This document shows, piece after piece, positions 48,478-60,134 of a DNA stretch of 64,000 nt. Source of the stretch: an uncultured Gammaproteobacteria bacterium (GTDB taxonomy: Bacteria > Pseudomonadota > Gammaproteobacteria > JACCXJ01). Made by a program: the position numbers and the translations under genes. Below the pieces are notes generated by a model. That model made no database searches. It saw only the letters and a list, made by a program, of their open reading frames with translations, and was not told where the DNA came from. The stretch spans positions 128,001-192,000 of the forward strand of contig CAVXTM010000018.1 in NCBI GenBank assembly GCA_963764725.1, written 5' to 3'. Position 1 is the stretch's first letter; every line of letters begins with the position of its first letter.

Positions 48478-50099
48478 ATGATGACCACAGCCCGGCAGCA
48501 TCCCTACCACCCGATCATCTACGTCCGCGGCTTCGCAGCCACTCAGGGCGAGATCGAGGAGACGGTGGCCGACCCTTACATGGGCTTCAACATCGGCTCG
48601 ACCAAGGCGCGCGTTGCCTGGACCGGCGACGTCAAGCGCTTCTACTTCGAGTCGCCGCTCGTGCGCTTGATGAGCGACCACGAGTACGAGGACGTCTTCG
48701 TGGACGGTGACGACCTGGTGGCGGCCGAGCGTGCCGACCACCCCGTTCCGTACCGCTGCATCATCATCTACCGCTACTACGACGAGGCCTCGAAGGACTT
48801 TGGCGACGGCAAGACGCCGCCGATCGAGCACTTCGCGAAGGGTCTGGGCGAGCTCATCCTGCGCCTGCGCGAGAAGATCTGCGCGAACAAGGACAACAAG
48901 ATGAGGCCTGCAGGACTTCCGCGTGCACCTCGTGGCCCACTCCATGGGCGGACTGGTCTGCCGCGCCTTCCTGCAGAATCCGAAGCTCGGCTCGGCGGAG
49001 GCGCGCGGCGCGGTGGACAAGTTCTTCACCTACGCCACGCCGCACAACGGCATCGACATGCGCATCGTGCGTAACGTGCCGGGCTGGCTCTCTTCGGCGA
49101 CATCAACAACTTCAATCGCGAGAAGATGGCCGAGTACCTCGATGTGCCCAAGGGCGACGATGTCTCGGTCGTGAAGAACTTCCCGCCGGAACGCATCTTC
49201 AACCTGGTCGGCACCAACCCGCGCGACTACACCGTGGCCGGCGGTATCTCGGCGTGGGCGGCGGGCGACGCGAGCGACGGGCTGGTGCGCATCGAGAACG
49301 CCACCACGCACGGGCCGGGCCCCGACGGCAAGGATGTGACTTCGCCGCGCGCCTTTGTGCACCGCAGCCACTCGGGCCACTACGGCATCGTGAATTCCGA
49401 GGAGGGCTACCAGAACCTCACGCGCTTCCTGTTCGGAGCGCTGCGCGTGGACGGCATCCTGGACATCGACGACATCACGCTGCCGGTGGAGGTGCAGAAG
49501 GCGCACGACGACGGCAAGACGGTGCGCGCGTCGTACCAGTTCGAGATCGCAGTCAGCGTGCGCGGCTGTCAGTGGCAGATGACGCGCCGCGAGGTGCGCG
49601 AGAACTCCGCGATCTTCCGCACCTACGACGAGCTGTTCCCGGGGAAGGACGGCACCAAGCGCGTGCCCGACCGCAGCCAAGAGCCCGCACCTGTTCTCCG
49701 TGTTCCTCGATCCGAACAAGAGCGTCAAGACCTCGAGGTCGGTCAGCTTCGCGTTCGACCTCAAGGTGCTCGTGCCCGACTACGAAGTGGACGGCTTCAT
49801 GTTCATGAACCGCCACTACGAGGGCGGCTTCATCCTGCGCGAGCTGATCCTGGTGGAGGCGTTCTCCGACGCAGCGGCACTCGGGCGGTTGGCGCATCAA
49901 GTACGGCTTTCAGGACATCAACCCCGGCAAGCCGGGCGTTAATGCGGTGACGCGCGCGCTCGGCGGAGTCGGCGGCGGCGGCGCGAAGGCAGATGCGGTC
50001 GCGGCCGTCCCCGGCCTCGCTTTCGATATCCCCATCGAGCAGAAAGCCCGCCCTGGCTTGCGGGGCACGCTACGGATCGAGGCCCGACCGTGGACCTGA
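48478..50099 (+). CDS. Alpha/beta hydrolase (esterase/lipase, PGAP1-like), several frameshifts
   Basis: PIIYVRGFA, VAHSMGGL, YATPHNG, SDGLV, HRSHSG across four overlapping frames. Confidence 0.75.
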
Positions 50100-50307
50100 G
50101 TAGTAAAGTAGTGCTTACGGCGACAAACACGCTTATTATTGAGTTCGCCCAGGACTAGAGCCGCCCTGAAGGTAGCCAATTGCTTGGCATCCTGTTTCGC
50201 GAGGTACTACCACCAATCGCCAAAATCGGGTAGCCAGGGGTGTTTAGCCCACGGGACACGGGAACCGGCGCGGTGCAAACGGCCCGGCGCGCCTCTCCGA
50301 GGAAGTC

Positions 50308-52084
50308 ATGAGCAAAGCGGCCATCAACCACAACTCGCAAAGCCGTTCGCTCCCCAAGGCCGCGACCGGCATCCAGGGACTCGACGAGATCACCGGCGGC
50401 GGGCTGCCGCGCGGCCGGCCCACGCTCGTCTGCGGCAGCGCCGGCTGCGGCAAGACGCTGCTCGCGATGGAGTTCCTCGTCCGCGGCGCCACCGAGTTCG
50501 GCGAGCCCGGCGTCTTCATGGCCTTCGAGGAGACCGCCGAGGAGCTGACCCAGAACGTCCGCTCGCTCGGCTTCGACCTGGACGACCTGGCCGCGCAGAA
50601 GAAGCTGCTGGTCGACTACGTCCACATCGAGCGCAGCGAGATCGAGGAGACCGGCGAGTACGACCTCGAAGGCCTGTTCATCCGCCTGGGCCACGCCATC
50701 GACTCGATCGGCGCCAAGCGCGTCGTGCTCGACACCATCGAGACGCTCTTCGGCGGCCTGTCCAACGCCGCCATCCTGCGCTCCGAGCTGCGCCGGCTGT
50801 TCCGCTGGCTCAAGGACAAGGGCGTCACGGCCGTCATCACCGGCGAGCGCGGCGACGGCACGCTCACCCGCCAGGGCCTGGAGGAGTACGTCTCCGACTG
50901 CGTCATCGTGCTCGACCACCGCGTCACCGAGCAGCTCTCGACCCGCCGGCTGCGCATCGTCAAGTACCGCGGCACGGCCCACGGCACCAACGAGTATCCC
51001 TTCCTGATCGACGAGAACGGCATCTCCGTCCTGCCGATCACCTCGCTGGGCCTGCAGCACGAGGCGTCCGACGAGCGGATCTCGACCGGCGTCCCGCGGC
51101 TCGACGCCATGCTCGGCGGCGCGGGGGTCTACCGCGGCAGCAGCGTGCTCATCTCCGGCACGGCGGGCACCGGCAAGACGAGCCTGGCCGCCCACTTCGC
51201 CGACGCCACCTGCCGGCGCGGCGAGCGCTGCCTGTACTTCGCCTTCGAGGAGTCGGAGAGCCAGATGGTCCGCAACATGCGCTCCATCGGCCTGGACCTG
51301 GCGCCCTGGCTCGAAGAAGGGCCTGCTGCGCTTCCACGCCACCCGCCCCACCGCCTACGGCCTGGAGATGCACCTGGCCACGCTCCACAAGCTGGTCAAC
51401 GAGTTCCAGCCCCGCGTGGTGATCGTGGACCCGATCACCACCTTCCTCAACGCCGGCACGTCCGTCGAGGCCGAGTCGATGCTGATGCGGCTGATCGACT
51501 TCCTCAAGGCCCAGCAGATCACCGCCCTGTTCACCAGCCTGACCCACGGCGGCAACGCCCTGGAGCAGAGCCAGGCCGGCATCTCGTCCCTCATCGACAC
51601 CTGGCTGTTGCTGCGCGACATCGAGCTGGGCGGCGAGCGCAACCGCGGCCTGTACATCCTGAAGTCGCGCGGCATGGCCCACTCCAACCAGATCCGCGAG
51701 TTCCTGCTGACCGACCACGGCGTCGAGCTGAAGGACGTGTACGTCGGGCCGGAAGGCGTGCTCACCGGGTCCATGCGCCTGGCCCAGGAGGCGCGCGAGC
51801 AGGCCGCCGCCCTGAGCCGCCAGCAGGAGATCGAGCGCCGCCAGCGCGACCTGGAGCGCAAGCGCCAGGCCCTGGAGGCCCAGATCGCCGCCCTGCGCGC
51901 GCAGTTCGAGGCGGAGCAGGACGAGCTGAAGCTGCTCATCGCCCAGGAACAGGCCGCCGCCGACCGCGCGGCGACAGAACCGGGAGGAGATGGCCCGCAG
52001 CCGCAAGGCCGACGTAGCCGGCCGAGACCCCGGGCAACCGCTCCCGTAGAACGACCCCTCAGGGAGGACGCAAATGAAGCGTGA
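50308..52084 (+). CDS. kaiC: Double-domain KaiC, frameshifts near 51313 and about 51970
   Basis: GSAGCGKT and GTAGTGKT P-loops, FEE motifs, EEYVSD, KYRG, ISSLIDTW, KSRGMAHSNQIREF. Confidence 0.9.
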
Positions 52085-52468
52085 CTCGAACGAAGCCGCA
52101 GACCCTCGGCGACGCTGGCCGCCACCGCGGAAGCGGACCCGGACGTGTGGGAGCTGCGCCTGTACGTCGCCGGCAAGACGGCCAAGTCCGTCGCTGCCTT
52201 CGAGAACCTCACCAGGCTGTGCGAGGAGCACCTGCCCGGCAAGTACAAGATCGAAGTGGTGGACCTGCTGGTCCACCCGCAGCTGGCCAAGGGCGACCAG
52301 ATCGTCGCCATCCCCACCCTGGTCCGCAAGCTGCCCGAGCCGATCCGCAAGGTGATCGGCGACCTGTCCAACGTGGAGCGCACCCTGGTGGGGCTGCAGC
52401 TGCGCCCCGCCAAGCCTAACGGGGCGTCCGCGGAACGACCAACGAGACGCGAGAAGGCACGGCCATGA
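52074..52468 (+). CDS. kaiB: KaiB family protein (5' frameshift)
   Basis: [38 protein letters not shown]. Confidence 0.9.
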
Positions 52469-54906
52469 CCACCCTGACCATCGACCAACTGCTGCGGGAG
52501 AACGAGGACTTGCGCCGCCGGCTGGAGGAGGCCGAGGATGCCCTCCGCGCTCTCCGTGCCGGCGAGGTGGATGCCGTCCTCGTCGAGGCCGAGCGCGAGC
52601 AGGTCTACACCCTGGAGACGGCCGACAAGCCCTATCGGCTGCTGGTCGAGCAGATGCCCCACGCCGCGGCGACGCTCACCGCCGACGGCGACGATCATCT
52701 ACTGCAACCGCCGCTTCGCCGAGCTGCTCAGGCGGCCGCTGCACTCATTGCTCGGCAAGCCGATCGACGACTTCGTCGCCCCCGACAGCCGGCCGCTTCT
52801 CGAAGGCCCTGCTGCGCGACGGCCAAGCCGCCGAGGTCCAGGGGGAGGTCGTCCTGCAGCGGGCTGACGGCACGCCGGTGCCGGTCTACCTCGGCGTCAG
52901 CGCCTTGCAGGAAGGCGCCCTCGGGTTGTGCCTGATGGTCACCGACCTGACCGAGCAACGGCACTACCAGGAGTTGCAGCGCACCCAGGCGGCCCTGCGC
53001 GAAAGCGAGCGCCGCTTGCGCGAAATGATTGACGCGCTCCCTGTGGCAATCTACACCACCGACGTCCAGGGCCGGCTCACGCACTTCAATCCGGCAGCGG
53101 TCGAATTTTCCGGCCGCGTGCCGGAGCTGGGCTCTCGATTCTTGGTGCGTGACCTGGAAACTGTATCAGCCCCGACGGCACGCCGCTGCCGCACGATGAA
53201 TGCGCTATGGCCCTGGCCCTCAAGGAAGGCCGGGCTGTCCGCGGCACGGAAACCATCGCCGAGCGTCCCGACGGCAAGCGCGTCTGGTTCATGCCCTACC
53301 CGACGCCGCTGCGCGATGCCGAAGGCCGGGTCGTCGGGGGCATCAACATGCTGCTCGACATCACCGAACGCAAGCAGGGCGAGCGCGCTGCTGCATTGCT
53401 GTCTTCCATTGTCGATTCCTCCGAGGACGCGATCGTCAGCAAAGACCTCAACGGCATCATCACCAGTTGGAACAAAAGCGCGGAGCGGCTGTTCGGCTAC
53501 TCGGCTGAGGAAGCGATCGGGCAGTCCATCACCATGCTTATTCCCGCGAACCGGCGCGGCGAAGAGGCTGAAATTCTGGACCGCCTCAGGCGGGGCGAGC
53601 GCGTGGATCATTTCGATACGATCCGCATCCGCAAGGATCGTTCTCCGGTTCCGATTTCCCTCACAATTTCTCCGATCAGAGACTCCGTAGGGCGCATCAT
53701 CGGCGCATCGAAAATCGCCCGCGATATCACCTCGCGCAAAGAGATGGAGGCGGCCCTGAAGGAGGCCGACCGCCGCAAGGACGAGTTTCTGGCGACGCTG
53801 GCCCACGAGCTGCGCAACCCGCTGGCCCCGATCCGCAACGCCGTGCAAATCCTCATGGCCAAAGGCCCGCCCGACCCGGAACTGCAATGGGCCCGCGGCG
53901 TGATCGACCGCCAGGTGCAGCAGATGGCCCGGCTGCTCGACGACCTGCTCGACGTCTCCCGCATCTCCCGCAACACGACTGGAGCTCCGCAAGGAGCGGG
54001 TCGACCTGGCCGCGGTGGTGGAGGCCGCCCTGGAGACCAGCCGCCCGCTCATCGAGGCCGGCGGCCACGAACTCACCGTCACTCTGCCGCCCGAGCCGAT
54101 CCACCTGGACGCCGACCCGGTGCGGCTGGCCCAGGTGTTCGCCAACCTGCTCAACAACGCCGCCAAGTACACCGAGGAGGGCGGTCGCATCTGGCTCGAC
54201 CGCCGAGCGGCAGGGGAGCGACGTGATCGTGTCGGTCAAGGACAACGGCATCGGCATCGCCGCCGAGATGCTGCCGCGCATCTTCGAGATTTTCTCGCAG
54301 TCGAATCCGGCGCTGGTGCGGTCGCAGGGCGGACTCGGCATCGGCCTGTCGCTGGTCAAGGGGCTGGTCGAGCTGCACGGCGGGAGCATCGAGGCCCGCA
54401 GCGACGGGCCGGGCCAGGGAAGCGAGTTCGTCGTCCGCCTGCCGGTCGCCGTGGAGACGCTTATCCAGGAACCGGCGCGGCCGGGCGAGGACGAACAGCC
54501 AAAGCCCGTGACCACGCGCCGCATCCTGATCGTGGACGACAACCGGGACAGTGCCGACAGCCTGGCGATGCTCTTGAAGATCATGGGCAACGAGGTCGGC
54601 ACGGCCTACGACGGCGAGCAGGCCGTCGAAGCGGCCGGGGCGTTGCGACCCGACGTGGTGCTGCTCGACATCGGGATGCCGAAGCTGAACGGCTACGACG
54701 CCTGCCGCCGCATCCGGGAACAGCCGTGGGGCCAGGGGATGTTCCTCATCGCCCTGACCGGCTGGGGCCAGGAGGAAGACCGCCGCCGCACCGAAGAGGC
54801 CGGTTTCGATCAGCACATCGTCAAGCCCGTGGACCCCGCCGCCCTCATGAAGTTGCTGGCTTCTTTGTCCGCGGAGCAGGGAGGCCGGCTAACCAGTAAG
54901 GATTGA
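52465..54906 (+). CDS. Multi-PAS hybrid histidine kinase/response regulator, multiple frameshifts
   Basis: Three PAS segments, [30 protein letters not shown], receiver [17 protein letters not shown]. Confidence 0.85.
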
Positions 54907-54932
54907 GACGACCATGAATGGTCGTTTCAATC
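54901..54932 (+). terminator. Hairpin closing the kai/kinase block
   Basis: GATTGAGACGACCAT-GA-ATGGTCGTTTCAATC. Confidence 0.55.
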
Positions 54933-55110
54933 TAATTCTAATTTTCAAGAAGCCCAATCACGTCTTCCCTATTTCACGTTATGCGAGATAGGAGATTTGA
55001 AGCGCTCTTGTCAGACGAATGACGGCATCACGACTTTCGTCGCCATAAAGGCAGGAAGCACCCCAGCTCCACAGGAATACGGCCGTCCCATTCCCGCGCT
55101 TGCGTACTGC

Positions 55111-55764
55111 TTAGCTGTTTTTCCAGTGCGGCGGTAGGGTTCGGGCGAAATAAGGGAGGGCTTCGATGCGGCCCATCCAGGCCGTGAGCTTGGGCCCGAC
55201 GAGGGTACGGATCGCAAGGACTGGATCTTTGAGGTCGGCCCGCAGCGCCAGTGCTATCATGGGATAAAGCGTGAAATCGGCCGCGCTCAGCACCCCGGTG
55301 AGAAAATCGCCGCGGATCTCGCGCTCGAAATGCCCGAGCTCGGCCGCAAGCTTGCCGCGGCCGTCTGCGATCAGCGCGCGATCCCACTCTTCCTCGGCTT
55401 CGTGAAAAATCTCCCGCAGCATCCGCCCCATGGCCATGCCGAGATACCAGTCGGTCTCTTGGATGAACCGGCGGACGAGGGCTCGCTCGCGCGCGTCGTC
55501 CGGGAATAATCGACCCCGGCCGGCAACGGGATAGCGTTCGTCGAGGTATTCGAGAATGGCCACGGACTCATAAAGGACAAAACCGCTCTCGACCAGGACC
55601 GGTACCTTTTGCCTGGGATTGAGTCGGGTAAATTCCTCTGCCTTGAGATCCCCGGCCGAAAACGAGAGCATTTTCAGCTCATAGGGGAGTTGTTTGTGTT
55701 CGAGGCCAAGCCATACCCGCCAAGCGGGAGGTGAGCCGGAACCGCAATAAAACATCATGGACAT
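55111..55764 (-). CDS. Glutathione S-transferase family protein
   Basis: GSGSPPAWRV, LNPRQKVPVL, ESVAILEYL, SAADF. Confidence 0.9.
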   Translation of the reverse strand: MSMMFYCGSGSPPAWRVWLGLEHKQLPYELKMLSFSAGDLKAEEFTRLNPRQKVPVLVESGFVLYESVAILEYLDERYPVAGRGRLFPDDARERALVRRFIQETDWYLGMAMGRMLREIFHEAEEEWDRALIADGRGKLAAELGHFEREIRGDFLTGVLSAADFTLYPMIALALRADLKDPVLAIRTLVGPKLTAWMGRIEALPYFARTLPPHWKNS

Positions 55765-55866
55765 TAAGGCCTCCCGAACGTATCGAGCGCCAGCGTTAAG
55801 CCGTTACCGATCGTGAACCATAGAGCCCACGCGGGTCATGACGCGATTCTCTGTTAGTATTTTACC

Positions 55867-56838
55867 ATGGACTTAAACGACCGGCGGATCCTGGTCACCG
55901 GCGCCCTCGGGCAGATCGGCTCGGAGCTCGTTCCAGCGTTGAGAGCGCGCGTGGGTCCCGATCGGGTCGTGGCCTCGGATATCCGCATGCCGCGTCCGGA
56001 CTCGCCCCTCGGTGAAGGCCTTTTCGAGCATGTCGACTGCACCGAGCTACGCCAGATCGAGGACGTCGTGCGCCGTCACGATATCGGGGCAATTTATCAT
56101 CTAGCCGGGGTCCTTTCGGCCGTGGGGGAGGACTGGCCGCACGTCGCGTGGGATGTCAACCTGGGCGGTCTCTATCGCATCCTGGAGGTCGCGCGGCAGA
56201 ACCGCTGTGTGCTTTTCTTCCCGAGCTCCATCGGGGTTTTCGGCCCGACGACACCGCGCGAGCGCACCCCGCAGGATACGCTCCAGCGGCCGCAGACGAT
56301 GTATGGGATCACGAAAGTCACTGGCGAGCTATTGTGTGATTACTACGCCCGGCGCTTCGGCGTCGATACGCGCGGCCTGCGGCTTCCGGGCATTATTTCC
56401 TACGTCGCCCCTCCGGGCGGAGGCACCACCGACTATGCGGTGGAGATCTTCCATCACGCCATCCGTTACCGCCGGTATACGTGTTTTCTGCGCGCCGATA
56501 CGCGTCTCGACATGATGTACATGCCCGATACGCTGCGTGCGATCATCGCGCTGATGGAGGCCGATCCAGCGCGTTTGCACCACCGGAATGCCTTCAACAT
56601 CACCGCCATGAGCATCACGCCTGCGGAGCTGGCGCAGGCAATTCGCCGCCATGTCCCGGAGTTCGTGATCGACTATAGGATCGATCCCGTGCGCCAGGCC
56701 ATCGCCGATTCCTGGCCGCGATCGCTCGACGACAGCGCCGCGCGGGCGCAATGGGGCTGGGCGCCGGCCTATGACCTCGAGGCGATGACGGCCGACATGC
56801 TCGAGCGGTTAGCCGAGCGGCTGGGCAACGAACTCTGA
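55867..56838 (+). CDS. tdh: L-threonine 3-dehydrogenase (SDR type)
   Basis: TGALGQIG, PSSIG.FG, MYGITK, PGGGTTDYAV, RQAIADSWP; adjacent to kbl. Confidence 0.88.
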   Translation: MDLNDRRILVTGALGQIGSELVPALRARVGPDRVVASDIRMPRPDSPLGEGLFEHVDCTELRQIEDVVRRHDIGAIYHLAGVLSAVGEDWPHVAWDVNLGGLYRILEVARQNRCVLFFPSSIGVFGPTTPRERTPQDTLQRPQTMYGITKVTGELLCDYYARRFGVDTRGLRLPGIISYVAPPGGGTTDYAVEIFHHAIRYRRYTCFLRADTRLDMMYMPDTLRAIIALMEADPARLHHRNAFNITAMSITPAELAQAIRRHVPEFVIDYRIDPVRQAIADSWPRSLDDSAARAQWGWAPAYDLEAMTADMLERLAERLGNEL

Positions 56839-56848
56839 GACTATCGGT

Positions 56849-58078
56849 ATGCCGCTTGACCGCATTAGACACCGGCTGGCCCAGGAGATCGCCCAGATCG
56901 ACGCGAGAGGCACCGCCAAACGGCGCGAGCCGGTCATTACCCAGGTTCTCCGCGCGCACGGCGCCCGTGGCCCGCGATACCTGATCGAGGGTGAGGGCGA
57001 GCGGCCGTTTATCCGCATGAATTCGAATAGCTACCTCGGCATGGCTTTGCGCGAAGAGGTGATCGCGGCCGAGGAGCACGCCGTGCGCGCATTCGGCGCC
57101 GGGCCTGGGGCTGTACGGTTTATCAGCGGCACCTACGCGCCGCATGTGGAGCTTGAGCGGCGGCTCGCGGCATTTCACGGGCGCGAGGCCGCGCTCGTGT
57201 TCAGCTCAGCCTATGCTACGGTCATGGGCGTCCTGCCGGTCTTGGTCACGCCGGACACCGCGATCATCAGCGATGCGCTCAACCACAATTGCATCATCAA
57301 CGCCGCGCGCCTCGCGCAGCCCAAGGAGAAACACGTCTATGCGCATCTCGATATGGCGGCGCTCGAAGACTGTCTTACGCGGGCGGCGGGTTGCGAGAGG
57401 ATCCTCGTGGTAACCGATGGGATCTTCAGCATGCGCGGCGATCACGCGCCGCTGGGGGATATCAAGAAGATTGCGGCGCGCTTCGACGCCCGCTTCAAGG
57501 AGGGCGCGCTCATGATTGTCGATGACTCGCACGGCGTGGGCGCAATCGGGGCCGCGGGTCGAGGCACCGAGGAGCACACCGGCTCGGGTCCGGTAGATCT
57601 CCTGATCGCGACGCTCGGCAAGGCGTTTGGCGTGAACGGCGGTTACGTGGCCGGTGAGCGTGTGCTCATCGATTACCTGCGCGAGAAAGCACCTTTGTAT
57701 ATCTACTCGAACCCGATCACACCGGGCGAGGCGGCCGCGGCCGTGAAGGCCTTGGATATCGTGGACAGCCCGGTGGGTCGGGACCTGCTGGCAGAACTGC
57801 GGCGATTGACGCTGCGCTTCCGGCAAGCGCTGACGCACCTTGGTTACGAGACCCTCGCGGGCGAGCACCCGGTCGTGCCGCTGCTCTTGCGCGATACCGC
57901 GCGCACCCGGACGATGGTTCAGTATTTGAAGACCCATGGGGTCTTGGCCACCGGTCTTTCCTACCCGGTCGTGCCGCAGGGCGAGGAGGAGATCCGGTTC
58001 CAGATCTCGGCGGATCACACCGAGGGCGACATCGACGAGGTCCTCGCAATCCTGGGCGGGTTCCCGGGGCGAGTTTGA
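56849..58078 (+). CDS. kbl: 2-amino-3-ketobutyrate CoA ligase (glycine C-acetyltransferase)
   Basis: NSYLG, AVRFISGT, SDALNHNCII, DGIFSMRGD, DDSHG, TLGKA, YPVVP. Confidence 0.85.
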   Translation: MPLDRIRHRLAQEIAQIDARGTAKRREPVITQVLRAHGARGPRYLIEGEGERPFIRMNSNSYLGMALREEVIAAEEHAVRAFGAGPGAVRFISGTYAPHVELERRLAAFHGREAALVFSSAYATVMGVLPVLVTPDTAIISDALNHNCIINAARLAQPKEKHVYAHLDMAALEDCLTRAAGCERILVVTDGIFSMRGDHAPLGDIKKIAARFDARFKEGALMIVDDSHGVGAIGAAGRGTEEHTGSGPVDLLIATLGKAFGVNGGYVAGERVLIDYLREKAPLYIYSNPITPGEAAAAVKALDIVDSPVGRDLLAELRRLTLRFRQALTHLGYETLAGEHPVVPLLLRDTARTRTMVQYLKTHGVLATGLSYPVVPQGEEEIRFQISADHTEGDIDEVLAILGGFPGRV

Positions 58079-58108
58079 AGTGTGGTTGGCACGCGACGAG
58101 GCGTCTAA

Positions 58109-58235
58109 GGAAGCTCTGCAAAAGTGTCGCGAGCAAGTCCAGATGCGCGAAGACGCGGGGAGCGGTCCAGGGACGGCCGCGCTTTGAGGAGCGAGGAAAG
58201 CAGATGGGCTGCGCAGTAACTTTTGCAGAGCTTCC
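58109..58235. mobile_element. 127-bp MITE
   Basis: Perfect 17-bp terminal inverted repeats GGAAGCTCTGCAAAAGT/ACTTTTGCAGAGCTTCC, flanked by TAA on both sides. Confidence 0.8.
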
Positions 58236-58248
58236 TAACTAAGGCGCC

Positions 58249-59368
58249 GTGACCGCCGCACTATCACTCTATCTGGACCTGGTCCGGTTTGTCGCCGCAA
58301 CCGTGGTGCTGCTTTCCCATTTCGCCTACACGCGGATCTCGGGCGGCGAGTATTTGATAATGCGGCGCTTCGGCGCCGATGCCGTTATCGTGTTCTTCGT
58401 CCTCTCGGGCTATGTCATCGCCTACGTTTCCACGGAACGGGAACGCACGCCGGGCGAGTACGCGATTAACCGCTGCGCCCGGCTGTATTCTGTGGTATTC
58501 CCGGCCTTGATCGCCACCGTGATTCTCGATCAGATGGGGCGCATCCTCGATCCTGCCCTTTACGCTGGTTGGTGGTATAAGGACAGCGAAGCGCTTTGGC
58601 GTTTCTTCGCGAACCTCTTGTTCGTTAACGAGTTGTGGTTTACATCGATTCGCCCGTTCAGCAACGGCCCATACTGGTCGCTAGGCTATGAGTTCTGGTA
58701 CTACGTTCTCTTCGGGGCGTCCTTTTATTACGGCGGACGTACCCGCGCCGTGCTTGTGGCTCTCATCGCGCTCGTCGCTGGCCCGAAGATCCTGGTGCTT
58801 CTGCCCGCCTGGCTCATCGGCGTATGGACTTACCGCTTCAATCGCAGCAGGCAGGTCTCCATCTCCATCGGTTGGGTATTGTTTCTATTACCTATACTGA
58901 TATACGGTTTTATAAAGGCATCCGAGATTGATAGCGCGGCCCGCATGGCAACTATGGCCGTCATAGGCCCGGCGTTCGTGATGTCAAAGCTTAAGCATTC
59001 GGACGAGTTTCTGATCGACACTATCTATGCGGTCCTGGTGGCGCTCAACTTCATCGGTATGCGCGCGATTTCCCATTCCCTGGATCGGATCCCCCCTTGG
59101 ATCGAACAAGCGATCCGCTTATTGGGCGGGTCTTACCTTTTCGATCTATCTATTGCACTATCCCGCCCTGCATTTTTTTGCCGCCCTTTACGGCGGGGAG
59201 CGTTCCGAGCCGCTAATGCAGATCTTGATCCTCTCCTCGACGTTTGCGACGATCGTCCTCATCGGGGGATTCACCGAACGGAAAAAACACCTCTTGCGCC
59301 GCGTACTCGATAGAATTGCCCGAGCATTATCGCCCAGGCTACATCGGCGGCTTGACGATTGGCCTTGA
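58249..59368 (+). CDS. Acyltransferase-3 (OafA-like) membrane protein, one frameshift near 59120
   Basis: LDLVRF..VLLSH, AVIVFFVLSGY, R.ARLY, WSLGYEFWYY | TFSIYLLHYP. Confidence 0.85.
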
Positions 59369-60134
59369 CATCGTGGACACGAAAATAACGCACGCCGGCA
59401 GCGACGCCTAAAGCGGTCGTCGCGCAGGTGGCGCCGACAAGCTCGCCCGGGGTTTGTTCCGCACACACCGCGCCCATGAATCGCTTGCGGCTGGCGCCGA
59501 GCAACACGGCGTAACCGCTAGCGGCGAACGCGCCCAGATCGGCGAGCAGGGCGAGGTTGTGGACTTTGGTCTTACCGAATCCGATCCCTGGATCGATGAT
59601 GATGCGCTCGCGCTCGACCCCGGCGCTTTCCGCCAGCCGAGCGCGCTCGATGAGAAACGCCCGTACCTCCCCGAGCACATCCTGATAGTGAGGATCCGTT
59701 TGCATCGTAAGCGGCGTGCCCTGCATGTGCATCAGCACCAGTGCAACCCTACGCTCGGCGGCCAACGCGAACATCTCAGGGTCGTCACGGCCCGCGGATA
59801 TATCGTTGATGATCGTGGCGCCGGCCTCTAGCGCCGCGACCGCCACCTCGACGAGCGTCGTATCGATGCTGATCGCCACCTGATCAGGTAAGGCTTGGCG
59901 CAATCGCCGGATCACCTCACGGGTGCGCCCGATTTGCTCCGCCGCGCCGACGGGCTCCGCGCCCGGGCGCGTTGATTCGCCGCCGACATCGATAACATCC
60001 GCCCCTTCGGCGGCAATACGGCAAGCATGGCGCACCGCCGAGTCCGCATCGGCGTATGCCCCGCCGTCCGAGAAGCTATCCGGCGTGAGGTTCAAGATCC
60101 CCACGATAGCCGGGCGTTCCTGTCGCGAGGTCAT
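59271..60134 (-). CDS. folP: Dihydropteroate synthase
   Basis: GILNLTPDSFSDGG, GGESTRPGA, LMHMQG, DPGIGFGK, SRKRF, RVHDV. Confidence 0.95.
   Translation of the reverse strand: MTSRQERPAIVGILNLTPDSFSDGGAYADADSAVRHACRIAAEGADVIDVGGESTRPGAEPVGAAEQIGRTREVIRRLRQALPDQVAISIDTTLVEVAVAALEAGATIINDISAGRDDPEMFALAAERRVALVLMHMQGTPLTMQTDPHYQDVLGEVRAFLIERARLAESAGVERERIIIDPGIGFGKTKVHNLALLADLGAFAASGYAVLLGASRKRFMGAVCAEQTPGELVGATCATTALGVAAGVRYFRVHDVKANRQAADVAWAIMLGQFYRVRGARGVFSVR

Noticed and set aside
50139-52698. Long alternative-frame and antisense ORFs over kaiC (also over pepP, nrtA, aceB, kbl)
   Set aside because: Shadow ORFs produced by high GC3 codon bias; Arg/Pro/Ala-rich with no motifs.
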